From an uncultured Actinomycetes bacterium (lineage in GTDB: Bacteria > Actinomycetota > Acidimicrobiia > Acidimicrobiales > RAAP-2), in NCBI GenBank assembly GCA_903825035.1, contig CAIJYV010000030.1:8599-72598 (forward strand): a stretch of 64,000 bases of DNA, given 5' to 3'. Made by a program: the position numbers and the translations under genes. This document shows, one piece after another, positions 18,543-27,021 of the stretch; the stretch's first letter is position 1, and the number at the start of each line of letters is the position of its first letter. The notes beneath the pieces were generated by a model. That model was not told the origin of the DNA, ran no database searches, and was given only the letters and a program-made list of their open reading frames with translations.

Positions 18543-19181
18543 GTGAGCACCACTCCTATTGACATCCTTACCCTGACCGACGAGGCCCGCGACATGGTGC
18601 GTGGCGCCCTCGCGAGTGAAGACCGCAGCGAAGAGCTCGGCCTGTGGATTGAAGTTACTGGCACCCAGGGTGCTGGCTACTCCTACGATTTGTACTTTTC
18701 GGAGGTAGCGCAAGCCCCCGAGGGTGCAGCTATTGGCGTTGACGGCGACATCACCGTAGTGGTGCCCGCGGCCTCAGTCGACCGTCTGCGTGGCGCGCGC
18801 TTGGAGTTCGCGAGCGACGGGCTCGTCCTCGTTAATCCCAACCAACCATCGCCCGATGAACTGCACCCCGGAATTCCGGAATCGATTTTGGCGCACGGCG
18901 TTAGCGGCGAACTAGCCCAAGTCGCTATTCGCGTCCTCGAAGAGAGCGTAAACCCCTCGATCGCGAGTCACGGTGGGCGAGCGGACCTCGTTGCGCTGGA
19001 CGAAGGAAATCAGGTCGCCTACGTCATGTTGTCGGGTGGCTGCCAAGGTTGCGCCATGAGCCGAATGACCTTGAGCGACGGCATCGAGAAGATGCTTCGC
19101 GAAGAGATTCCGGTTTTGAAAGAGGTCGTGGACGTTACTGACCACGCCTCGGGTGCGAACCCGTTCTACGCCCATAGCTAG
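18543..19181 (+). CDS. Fe-S cluster carrier, NfuA-like (Cys-less A-type domain plus a NifU C-terminal domain)
   Basis: 212 aa. The C-terminal Nfu domain has the SGGCQGCAMS CxxC motif. The N-terminal HesB/IscA-like domain has no cysteines. Confidence 0.8.
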   Translation: MSTTPIDILTLTDEARDMVRGALASEDRSEELGLWIEVTGTQGAGYSYDLYFSEVAQAPEGAAIGVDGDITVVVPAASVDRLRGARLEFASDGLVLVNPNQPSPDELHPGIPESILAHGVSGELAQVAIRVLEESVNPSIASHGGRADLVALDEGNQVAYVMLSGGCQGCAMSRMTLSDGIEKMLREEIPVLKEVVDVTDHASGANPFYAHS

Positions 19182-19190
19182 TGAGGCCAA

Positions 19191-19206
19191 CTCCTAGACT
19201 TAGGAG
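19191..19206 (+). promoter_or_regulatory. 16-nt perfect palindrome CTCCTAGACTTAGGAG abutting the aroC start codon (second copy of the tyrS element)
   Basis: Read directly. Six-bp arms CTCCTA/TAGGAG around GACT. TAGACT ends 6 nt before the ATG at 19207. Confidence 0.5.
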
Positions 19207-20397
19207 ATGTTGCGCTTCCTAACCGCCGGCGAGAGCCACGGACCAAGCCTCACCGTCATCGTCGAAGGACTGCCTTCGGGGCTGCCAATTGACATTGAAG
19301 CAATTGGCGATGAGATGGCACGTCGTCGGCTCGGCTTTGGTCGCGGACCGCGCATGCGCTTCGAGCGCGATGAGTTGCGCATTACTGCCGGCATTCGTCA
19401 TGGACGCACGTTGGGATCGCCAGTCTGCATTGAGATTATCAATACCGAATGGCCAAAGTGGGAGCAAGAGATGTCTGCCGCGCCCGGCGAGCCCACCACC
19501 AAATTGCGTTCCCCACGCCCAGGGCACGCTGACCTCGTTGGTATGCAAAAGTACGCCTTCGACGACGCACGAGACGTTTTGGAGCGCTCCAGTGCTCGCG
19601 AGACGGCCGCTCGAGTTGTTGCCGGAGCTCTCGCCAAAGCGTTACTTGGCACCATTGGCGTGAACATCCTGTCGCACGTGGTGCGCATTGGTTCGATTGA
19701 AGCACCTTCCGACCAATTGCCGACCTTTGCCGATCTGTCAACAATTGATCAATCGGAAGTTCGTTGCGCCACTAAAGAAGTCGAAGAGCAGATGATCGCC
19801 GAAATCAAGGCCGCCGCGAAAGAGGGTGACTCCCTGGGTGGTATCGCCGAAGTCGTTGCCTACGGCGTGCCCGTGGGGCTGGGCTCGTATGTTCACTGGG
19901 ACCGAAAACTAGATGGACTCATAGGGCAAGCCCTGCTGAGCATTCAGGCGGTAAAGGGTGTCGAAATTGGCCACGGCTTTACTCAAGCCGGTCAGCGTGG
20001 ATCGGTCGCTCACGATGCAATTTTTGTCGATGAATCGGCCGACAAGTCGGGGGGATTCGGACGCCGAAGCGATCACGCCGGCGGTCTGGAAGGTGGCGTT
20101 AGTTCTGGTGCGCCGCTGGTGGCTCGAGTAGCGATGAAACCCCTCGCCACTTTGAATAAACCCGTACTCGAGACGGTGAACCTCGACACGGGTGACTCGA
20201 GTGTCTCGTTTAAGGAAAGAACCGATGTCACCGCGGTTCCCGCTTTGGGCGTGGTCGCCGAAGCCATGGTCGCTCTCGTACTGGCCAATGAGGCACTGCG
20301 AAAGTTTGGTGGCGACTCGGTAGAGGAGTTCACCCGCAATTGCAGCAACTTCCTCGCCAACATTTCTTCAACCTCCTCGTCGGCGCGGCCAAAGTAA
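19207..20397 (+). CDS. aroC: Chorismate synthase
   Basis: 396 aa. N-terminus MLRFLTAGESHGP and RPGHAD motif. Confidence 0.95.
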   Translation: MLRFLTAGESHGPSLTVIVEGLPSGLPIDIEAIGDEMARRRLGFGRGPRMRFERDELRITAGIRHGRTLGSPVCIEIINTEWPKWEQEMSAAPGEPTTKLRSPRPGHADLVGMQKYAFDDARDVLERSSARETAARVVAGALAKALLGTIGVNILSHVVRIGSIEAPSDQLPTFADLSTIDQSEVRCATKEVEEQMIAEIKAAAKEGDSLGGIAEVVAYGVPVGLGSYVHWDRKLDGLIGQALLSIQAVKGVEIGHGFTQAGQRGSVAHDAIFVDESADKSGGFGRRSDHAGGLEGGVSSGAPLVARVAMKPLATLNKPVLETVNLDTGDSSVSFKERTDVTAVPALGVVAEAMVALVLANEALRKFGGDSVEEFTRNCSNFLANISSTSSSARPK

Positions 20398-20895
20398 GTG
20401 GCTCGCGTGGTGCTGGTCGGATTGCCCGGAACGGGTAAAAGCGCAGTGGCCAAGATTGTCGCCGAGTCACTTTCAGTTCCGGCCGTTGATACCGATCGCG
20501 TACTCGACACCAAACTCCCCGGTGGGGTAGCTGATTACATTGTCAACTTTGGCGAGGCCCCCTTTCGAAACGAAGAACTGCGCACGCTCAAAGATGCGCT
20601 CGGCACCGACGTCGTTGTTTCAACTGGGGGCGGCATCGTGGAACTGTCAGAAGCTCGAGTACTTTTGTCACCTCAAGTCGTGGTGTGGCTGGACGCCCCT
20701 GATGAAGTACTCCTGCCCCGAGTCGAAAGAGGAGCTAGACCGTTACTCGGTTCAGACAAGGCCACGGGCCTCGCCGCTTTACGAATGCGTAGAAGCTCAC
20801 TGTACGAAGAGATTTCAGATTTCAAGATTGACTGTTCGGCCGAAGTCACTGAAGTCGCCGCTCTCGTCTTGGCGGCCATAGGCGCTCAACCATGA
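20398..20895 (+). CDS. aroK: Shikimate kinase
   Basis: 165 aa. P-loop GLPGTGKS and a STGGG motif. Sits between aroC and aroB. Confidence 0.9.
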   Translation: MARVVLVGLPGTGKSAVAKIVAESLSVPAVDTDRVLDTKLPGGVADYIVNFGEAPFRNEELRTLKDALGTDVVVSTGGGIVELSEARVLLSPQVVVWLDAPDEVLLPRVERGARPLLGSDKATGLAALRMRRSSLYEEISDFKIDCSAEVTEVAALVLAAIGAQP

Positions 20896-21938
20896 ACATT
20901 CCAGTAAATCTCGGCGAACGCTCCTACGAAGTCGTTGTGGAAGCGGGCGCCCGTCGACAACTCGCTGGTCTCGTATCGCGACTCGCACCAGAGGCGCAGG
21001 CCTGCTGCATAATCACCTCCGAGCGTTTGCTCACCGAAGGCTGGTTTGATGTTGATTCGGGGATTAATCAGTACACCATTACCGTTCCCGACGGTGAAGA
21101 GAGCAAGACCATTGAAGTACTCGGAGAGGTCCTTGAACAACTCGCCGAGGCCAAGCTTTCGCGAAAAGATCTAGTCATCAGCGTTGGTGGCGGAGCGGTT
21201 ACGGATTTGGCGGGCTTCGCGGCCGCCACCTACCTCCGGGGCATTTCGATTATCCACATTCCTACGACCCTGCTGGCACAGGTGGACGCTGCTATCGGAG
21301 GTAAGACGGGGATCAATCTCGCTGCGGGCAAGAACCTAGCGGGAGCGTTCCATCAGCCGCTGGCAGTCCTGTGCGACCTTGAGGTGACGACAACCTTGCC
21401 ACCCGAAGAGATTCGCAGCGGGCTTGGTGAAGTTGCCAAGTGTTGGTTGCTTGAAGGCAAGAGCTCGAGTGAAATTATTTCTTCCACTCCTCAAGGGTTC
21501 ATTGAGCTTGCGGTGGGGCTTAAGGCTCGCATCGTGAGTGGCGATGAACGTGAAAGCGGAGCTAGAGCGCTGCTCAACTATGGGCACACGCTGGCCCACG
21601 CCATAGAAAAGCTCGCCCTCGCACAGGGCTCTCCAATTCGACACGGCGAAGCGGTGGCGATTGGAATTCGCTTTGCTATTCGTCTCGCCAGTGCCTTGGG
21701 GCGGGTGGGAGACGATGAAGTGAAAGAGACCGACCTCGTGCTCGCAGGCTTCGATCTTGATTTTGCCATTCCCACACAATTTAAAACAGCGGACCTGATC
21801 CAAGCGATGTCGCACGATAAGAAGGCTCATCACGACCTAACCTTTGTACTAGCGAGTCGAGAGGGCTTTAGCGTCGTAAGTGGTATCGATCGAGAGATTG
21901 TTACTCGAACTTTAGAGGAGTTCCGGAGAGATGAGTAA
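20892..21938 (+). CDS. aroB: 3-Dehydroquinate synthase
   Basis: 348 aa. GGGAVTDLAGFAAATYLRG and NYGHTLAHAIE motifs. Confidence 0.95.
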   Translation: MNIPVNLGERSYEVVVEAGARRQLAGLVSRLAPEAQACCIITSERLLTEGWFDVDSGINQYTITVPDGEESKTIEVLGEVLEQLAEAKLSRKDLVISVGGGAVTDLAGFAAATYLRGISIIHIPTTLLAQVDAAIGGKTGINLAAGKNLAGAFHQPLAVLCDLEVTTTLPPEEIRSGLGEVAKCWLLEGKSSSEIISSTPQGFIELAVGLKARIVSGDERESGARALLNYGHTLAHAIEKLALAQGSPIRHGEAVAIGIRFAIRLASALGRVGDDEVKETDLVLAGFDLDFAIPTQFKTADLIQAMSHDKKAHHDLTFVLASREGFSVVSGIDREIVTRTLEEFRRDE

Positions 21939-22371
21939 AGAGATATTGCTGCTGTCGGGACCGAACCTTGACTTGCTCGGAACTCGTTCCCCCGAGATTT
22001 ATGGCACCGACACGCTTGACGCTCACGTCGCTCGAGCCACCGCAGCGGCTAACGCCGCAGGATACGAACTACGGCACCTGCAGACTAATTTCGAAGGGGC
22101 ACTGATTGAGGCGATTCATCAAGCCAGGGGGGTTTCGGTGGGAATAGTCCTTAATGCCGGAGCGCTGACTCACTCATCTTGGGCCTTGAGCGATGCCCTC
22201 GCGATATTTGAGGGCCCGAAGGTCGAGATTCACCTCTCGAATCCAGCGGCGCGAGAACCGTTTCGTCACCGCTCCACGTTGGCTGGCGTCGTGTCGGGGT
22301 CAATCGCCGGCTTTGGTGCCTTGAGCTACCAATTGGGCGTAGATGCCGTAGTTTCAATACTCGGCAGATAG
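21931..22371 (+). CDS. aroQ: Type II 3-dehydroquinate dehydratase
   Basis: 146 aa. LLSGPNLDLLGTR.PEIYG and NAGALTHSS motifs. Confidence 0.93.
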   Translation: MSKEILLLSGPNLDLLGTRSPEIYGTDTLDAHVARATAAANAAGYELRHLQTNFEGALIEAIHQARGVSVGIVLNAGALTHSSWALSDALAIFEGPKVEIHLSNPAAREPFRHRSTLAGVVSGSIAGFGALSYQLGVDAVVSILGR

Positions 22372-22372
22372 G

Positions 22373-22402
22373 TTCGCCAATTTGGGGCGCCTTGCCTAGA
22401 AT
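22373..22402 (+). promoter_or_regulatory. Candidate promoter for efp-nusB (TTCGCC - 18 nt - TAGAAT)
   Basis: Hexamers read at 22373-22378 and 22397-22402, followed by a leader of about 25 nt with GAAAGG before the ATG at 22434. Sequence inspection only. Confidence 0.35.
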
Positions 22403-22433
22403 GGCATCGCACAACTTCGAAAGGCCCGCCGTT

Positions 22434-22997
22434 ATGGCAACCATAAACACCTCGGACATCAAAAACGGAATCACCATCAAAGTCGACGACGGACTCTTTA
22501 CTGTTATCGAGTTTCAGCACGTCAAGCCCGGCAAGGGTGGCGCCTTCGTGCGTACCAAGCTGCGTAACGCTCGTACTGGTGCGGTAATTGAGCGTACCTA
22601 CCGTGCAGACGAAAAGCTCGAGCAAGCCATCATCGATAAGGCCGACACTCAGTATCTCTACCGTGACGGTGATGACTACATCTTCATGGACCAAGCGACC
22701 TTTGACCAGATGCAGGTCTCGGCTAAGTCACTCGGTGACGCGGCCAACTTCTTGAAAGAAACCGGTAAGGCGATGATTGTTAGTTTCGACGGCGAAATCA
22801 TTGGCGTTGAGCTTCCCGCATCGGTGGAGCTAACTATCGCCGAGACTGAACCGGGAATCCAAGGTGACCGAGTATCGGGCGCTCGCAAGCCGGCCACCCT
22901 CGAAACCGGCTTTGTAGTGCAGGTGCCCTTGTTTGTCGGCCCAGGCGAGTTAATCAAGGTTGATACTCGTACCGGCGAATACATGACTCGCGCCTAG
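22434..22997 (+). CDS. efp: Elongation factor P
   Basis: MATINTSDIKNG...FQHVKPGKGGAFVRTKLRN is the canonical EF-P N-terminus. The track start 22392 would add 14 non-conserved residues. Confidence 0.95.
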   Translation: MATINTSDIKNGITIKVDDGLFTVIEFQHVKPGKGGAFVRTKLRNARTGAVIERTYRADEKLEQAIIDKADTQYLYRDGDDYIFMDQATFDQMQVSAKSLGDAANFLKETGKAMIVSFDGEIIGVELPASVELTIAETEPGIQGDRVSGARKPATLETGFVVQVPLFVGPGELIKVDTRTGEYMTRA

Positions 22998-23401
22998 TGA
23001 GCGAGCTCGGCCAACAGCGACACCGCGCACGAGAACGCGCACTCGAGATTCTGTATGAATCAACCATGAAGGACCGCCCAGCTTCAGTAGTGCTCTACGA
23101 ACTAGCCCTGGAGCCCGACGCCTATGCCGTTGAGCTCTTGCGTTCGGCCGAGGCAGCCACAGCGCAAGCCGAAGATTTGATCACGCGCTACTCAGATTCT
23201 TGGCCCTTAGAACGAATTGCCGTTGTTGATCGGCTGATCATGACTCTGGCGATTGGCGAAATGCTGATGGCGGACGCACCACCGCGGGCGGTTATTTTGG
23301 ACGAGGCGGTTCAGCTCGCCAAGGATTTTTCAACCGATGGTTCGGGCTCTTTTGTGAACGGCTTGCTATCGTCAATCGCTGACGAACTACTGGAGGAGTA
23401 A
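22997..23401 (+). CDS. nusB: Transcription antitermination factor NusB
   Basis: 134 aa. RHRARERALEILYE opening typical of NusB. The GTG overlaps the efp stop. Confidence 0.9.
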   Translation: MSELGQQRHRARERALEILYESTMKDRPASVVLYELALEPDAYAVELLRSAEAATAQAEDLITRYSDSWPLERIAVVDRLIMTLAIGEMLMADAPPRAVILDEAVQLAKDFSTDGSGSFVNGLLSSIADELLEE

Positions 23402-23403
23402 CT

Positions 23404-25140
23404 ATGGGCGGCATGGGGCAAGGGACATTCACCCTGACAAATCCAACGGTCGTTTCACTGTTCCACCACCTTTTGCTGGTCGTAGACCTTTCATACATCA
23501 TTCTGTTTGCTTTCGTCTTAGTGGGCGCTGGCGCTATTACGAAACTGATGTTCACCTTCAATCTGTCGACCGAGGGTCTCGGAGAACCGCGACAGCGCAG
23601 TTACCTTCGCTTCAGCTTTGGCGGTATTTGGATAATTGCGGGACTCCTCCAATTCCAGCCTTCGATGCCACTTGGATTGGCTGATCAAGTCGTCAAGCCC
23701 TCACTCGATGGGGCGCCAGCCTGGCTTGATTCAATCGTGAGACTGGGCATCGGGGTGTGGAATAACCATCCATTGGCCCTCGCTGCGGGAGTCGCGTGGC
23801 TCCAGATTGGAATCGGGCTGGGCTTAGTAGTTTCGAACGGTCGGCTCTCGCGCGCTGTCGGTGCGCTGAGTGCAGCTTACGCATTTGGAATTTGGGTTTT
23901 TGGTAATTCAATGGGCGGGATCTTTCAGAGCACCTCCTCCTTGCTGTTCGGCTGGCCGGGGGCCACGTTGTTTTATGTCGTCGCGGGAGCTTGGTTCGCC
24001 ACTCCCTACGGGACCTTTGAGCGATTGTTCTCTAGGTTCACTCTGAGAGGGATCGCTGGGCTCTTTGCGATTGCAGCTGTGTTGCAGGCTCTGCCTAGTC
24101 GCGGCTTTTGGCAGGGTGGTAACACCAACGCACTCGCTCAAATGACAAACTCGATGACCCAAACCGCCCAGCCTCATGGACTGGCGTGGATCGTGCGCTC
24201 AGTTGGCAATCTCGCCGGCAACATGGGCGGGGGATTCAACATTCTGATTCTGATTTGGATGGTGGCGAGTGCCGTTGGTCTCTGGAGCAGCTTTGGTCGT
24301 CAGCTCAATTGGCCCACCTATTCAGTTGTGGTGGGGGCACTCTTCTTCTGGGTGATAGCCCAAGACACCGCATTGTTTGGCGGGATGTCTACCGACCTCA
24401 ACTCGCTTGTCCCGCTCGCGGCGCTGGCGTTTTGCGCGGCCCCTCGATTTGTGGGCACCCCCGCATTGAATCGTCGACTCTCAATAGAAATGCGCTCGCT
24501 TACCGGTTCGGTTGTAGCTGCCTTTGCAGTCTCCATGATTGTCATCTCGATGACAGCCATGACCCTCTCACTTTTCTCCGCTAACGAAACCACCTGGTTC
24601 TTGGCAGCCAATGGGCAGCCCGCTCCAGCTGATGGCCCGGCTGCTCGCTTTTCTCTGACCGATCAATTTGGGCACCCGTATAGCCTCGGAGAGCACGCCG
24701 GGCATTTCACAGTCCTGACCGCACTCGATCCTCATTGCTACACCGACTGCCCCCTGATGGCCGATCAGATTTTGCAGGCTCGGGCACTGCTCAGCGCGGG
24801 AGCCAAAGTTGATTTTGTAGCGGTAGCGGCTGACCCTTATCACGAGTCCGTTAGCGATTTGCGACAATTCATCAAGAAGGAACACCTGAGTGGTGTGTCG
24901 AACTTCTATTTCGTAACGGGAAGTCTCACCAGCCTTCAGCGCGTCTGGACTGACTATGGAATCGAGGTTTCCATGAAGCCAACAGACAAGATGAGTATTC
25001 ACTCTGACTACTTCTACATAGTTGACCCTGCTCAGCGACTCAAGTGGGTCATGGCTGACAACCCCTTGGCCTCGTGGGCCGGCCAACATTCAGGAGCGCA
25101 AGAAATTGTCCAACTCTTGAACCAGATGGGTGTCCATTGA
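23404..25140 (+). CDS. Fusion protein: polytopic membrane domain (about 400 aa) plus a C-terminal SCO1/SenC copper chaperone domain
   Basis: 578 aa. The N-terminal part has many hydrophobic segments. The C-terminal part has the SCO signature: FSLTDQFG..., CxxxC (HCYTDCP, Cys codons at 24736-24738 and 24748-24750), and the downstream conserved His (SIHSDYFYIVD). Confidence 0.75.
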   Translation: MGGMGQGTFTLTNPTVVSLFHHLLLVVDLSYIILFAFVLVGAGAITKLMFTFNLSTEGLGEPRQRSYLRFSFGGIWIIAGLLQFQPSMPLGLADQVVKPSLDGAPAWLDSIVRLGIGVWNNHPLALAAGVAWLQIGIGLGLVVSNGRLSRAVGALSAAYAFGIWVFGNSMGGIFQSTSSLLFGWPGATLFYVVAGAWFATPYGTFERLFSRFTLRGIAGLFAIAAVLQALPSRGFWQGGNTNALAQMTNSMTQTAQPHGLAWIVRSVGNLAGNMGGGFNILILIWMVASAVGLWSSFGRQLNWPTYSVVVGALFFWVIAQDTALFGGMSTDLNSLVPLAALAFCAAPRFVGTPALNRRLSIEMRSLTGSVVAAFAVSMIVISMTAMTLSLFSANETTWFLAANGQPAPADGPAARFSLTDQFGHPYSLGEHAGHFTVLTALDPHCYTDCPLMADQILQARALLSAGAKVDFVAVAADPYHESVSDLRQFIKKEHLSGVSNFYFVTGSLTSLQRVWTDYGIEVSMKPTDKMSIHSDYFYIVDPAQRLKWVMADNPLASWAGQHSGAQEIVQLLNQMGVH

Positions 25141-25952
25141 GTCTTACTCCGCTGGCGCTCCTTTCAGCTCTTGGCAGCTTGAGCGTGCTGCTTGACCTCT
25201 ATCGCGCTCCAGTACGCGATGGGAAATGGGCCAGACTAAACGCAATCGCTTTGCTGAGTTGGTTCACTTTGTGGTGGGCTACCTCGTCAGAATTTGCCTC
25301 GCGAGCAATGGAGCAGCTGCCACTTCACATGGTCGCGCACATTTTTGTGATGTTCATTGTCCCTATCGGACTCAACTATTCCGGCGCCGGCAGCAAAATG
25401 GCAAGGATGTTGTTCACCTCGGGTCAGTTTCCCATGAGTCGATGGTCAGCGAGCAAGTTGAATCATCCAGTGTTGGCCTTCGTGTTATTGAATGGCGTAA
25501 TGGTCGCCTCTCACTTGCCACCTGTCTTCAATGCGACCATGCAGTCGACGTGGGCCATGGACTGGCTGATGGAACCCGCCTTTTTATTTTCTGGGATCTT
25601 CTTTTTCTCTTTTATTGTTCAAGGACCTCAACCTTCGCGAGAAGCCAAACTTCGCTGGCAGCTGTTGCTAGTCCTGGGCACAATGCTCGAGATGCTCGTC
25701 TTGGCGATGTCGATGTCGATTTTTACCAAGGTGGCTTGGTATCCGATGATGAACAGCGCGATGGGCAACATGACGGGGAAGTGGCACCCTTCGGCTCACG
25801 ACTTTTCTCAACAACAGTTAGCCGCGGCGATACTCTGGGTTTGCGGAGACTTCTGGGCGGTTCCGTGCCTGGTGGTAATAGTGAGGCGAATTATGGCTCG
25901 CGACGGGGGGCTCCTAGCGGCCCTAGATCGTCAATCGGCGCGTTTTTCCTGA
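25137..25952 (+). CDS. ctaG: Cytochrome c oxidase assembly factor CtaG (Bacillus-type, COG3336-like membrane protein)
   Basis: Polytopic protein with LHMVAHIFVMFIVP and a tail WVCGDFWAVP. The TTG at 25137 gives a TTGA overlap with the upstream stop. The track ORF starts at 25074. Confidence 0.7.
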   Translation: MSLTPLALLSALGSLSVLLDLYRAPVRDGKWARLNAIALLSWFTLWWATSSEFASRAMEQLPLHMVAHIFVMFIVPIGLNYSGAGSKMARMLFTSGQFPMSRWSASKLNHPVLAFVLLNGVMVASHLPPVFNATMQSTWAMDWLMEPAFLFSGIFFFSFIVQGPQPSREAKLRWQLLLVLGTMLEMLVLAMSMSIFTKVAWYPMMNSAMGNMTGKWHPSAHDFSQQQLAAAILWVCGDFWAVPCLVVIVRRIMARDGGLLAALDRQSARFS

Positions 25953-26245
25953 TCCGCTTTATGACGCTCCGCGAGGTAGCGATTCCATTCCTCGAGACGC
26001 TCATCAGAGTGAATTTCAGCCTCGGGAAGCTTTTTAGGTCGAGTTCCGCGCTCTTCTGCAAGCAGGCGGCGACCCATAAATATGCCGTAGATGCCTAAAA
26101 AGGGCCACTCGAAGGCATAAACCCAGGACAACGTGTTACCCGACAGGGCGCGGGTGGTCTCAAACCAGCCCGCCGAAGCGCAGATAATCAGGGCCAGAGC
26201 AATTCCGAACTTGATTCTTAAAACGTTCTTAGGATTCTCAGACAT
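25931..26245 (-). CDS. Small membrane protein (104 aa, about 2 TM), function unknown
   Basis: ORF with two hydrophobic segments and a charged C-terminal tail. TAATCT ends 7 nt before the ATG. The 3' end overlaps ctaG by 22 nt. Confidence 0.5.
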   Translation of the reverse strand: MSENPKNVLRIKFGIALALIICASAGWFETTRALSGNTLSWVYAFEWPFLGIYGIFMGRRLLAEERGTRPKKLPEAEIHSDERLEEWNRYLAERHKADQEKRAD

Positions 26246-26335
26246 CTAAGGCAGATTACCGTAATTGGCCGGCCGCGGAGCACTAACTTTTAGGCGGTGC
26301 TTTTGAGGGTTCCTCGAAAGCTGAAAAGGAGAACC

Positions 26336-27010
26336 ATGAATCGGTCCAAGTCCGTCGCGACTGCCTTGGCCTCAGTGGTATTGGGTGGCGCTGCGTTGGC
26401 GTTGGCGGGTTTTGCACTCGCTAGCAACACGCCGCACCAAAAAGCCCTTGAATGCGTAACTGATGCCACGCAAGCCAATACTTGCAATTTGAATTTCAGC
26501 GTATTCCCTGACTCGCTCGCGGGCGAGCATGGAACAACTGGTGGAGCACACCCAGACTGGGTCTCGTACTCGAACCAGGACCTTGGAGTTCCTGCTAACA
26601 CAACTGTGAACGTCACCATCAAGCAGTACGACTCAGGTGGAGCGCTCAACAACTACTTCTTCGACCAAGTGATGGGCACTGTTGGTGGCACCGCCACCGT
26701 TAACGGCGTAACCGTTACCCATGTCGACCCGACCAACATTGGTCACACCTTCACCCTGCGTGGAATTCCTGGATCGGGTTCGAACTTGTTCGTTAACGTT
26801 CCGCTACCCGCAGACTCTAAGGGCGGCGTTGTAAATATCGGAGCCGGTCAATACACCGCGCCAAACGTCATCAAGTTCTCATTCAAGACTGGCTCTAAGG
26901 GCGTCTACGAATGGAACTGCGAGTTCCCCTGTGGTGGTTCACGTGAAGGCCAGTTCGGACAGGCAATGTCCAGCTACGGCTACATGTCCGGCACCCTGAC
27001 GGTTAAGTAA
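26336..27010 (+). CDS. Secreted cupredoxin-like protein with a CuA-like CxxxC but no following His
   Basis: ATG at 26336 is preceded by AAGGAGA. Signal-like N-terminus (ALASVVLGGAALALAGFALA). The C-terminus VYEWNCEFPCGG...QAMSSYGYMSGTLTV resembles the subunit II CuA loop (CxExCGxxHxxM) but lacks the His. Confidence 0.55.
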   Translation: MNRSKSVATALASVVLGGAALALAGFALASNTPHQKALECVTDATQANTCNLNFSVFPDSLAGEHGTTGGAHPDWVSYSNQDLGVPANTTVNVTIKQYDSGGALNNYFFDQVMGTVGGTATVNGVTVTHVDPTNIGHTFTLRGIPGSGSNLFVNVPLPADSKGGVVNIGAGQYTAPNVIKFSFKTGSKGVYEWNCEFPCGGSREGQFGQAMSSYGYMSGTLTVK

Positions 27011-27021
27011 GGAAAAGGAAC

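Noticed and set aside
25226-26098. 290-aa same-strand ORF in an alternative frame across ctaG and into the 104-aa gene.
   Set aside because: The frame encoding the CtaG-like membrane protein has clear TM periodicity and motifs. This alternative-frame product is R/G/S-rich with no recognisable features.
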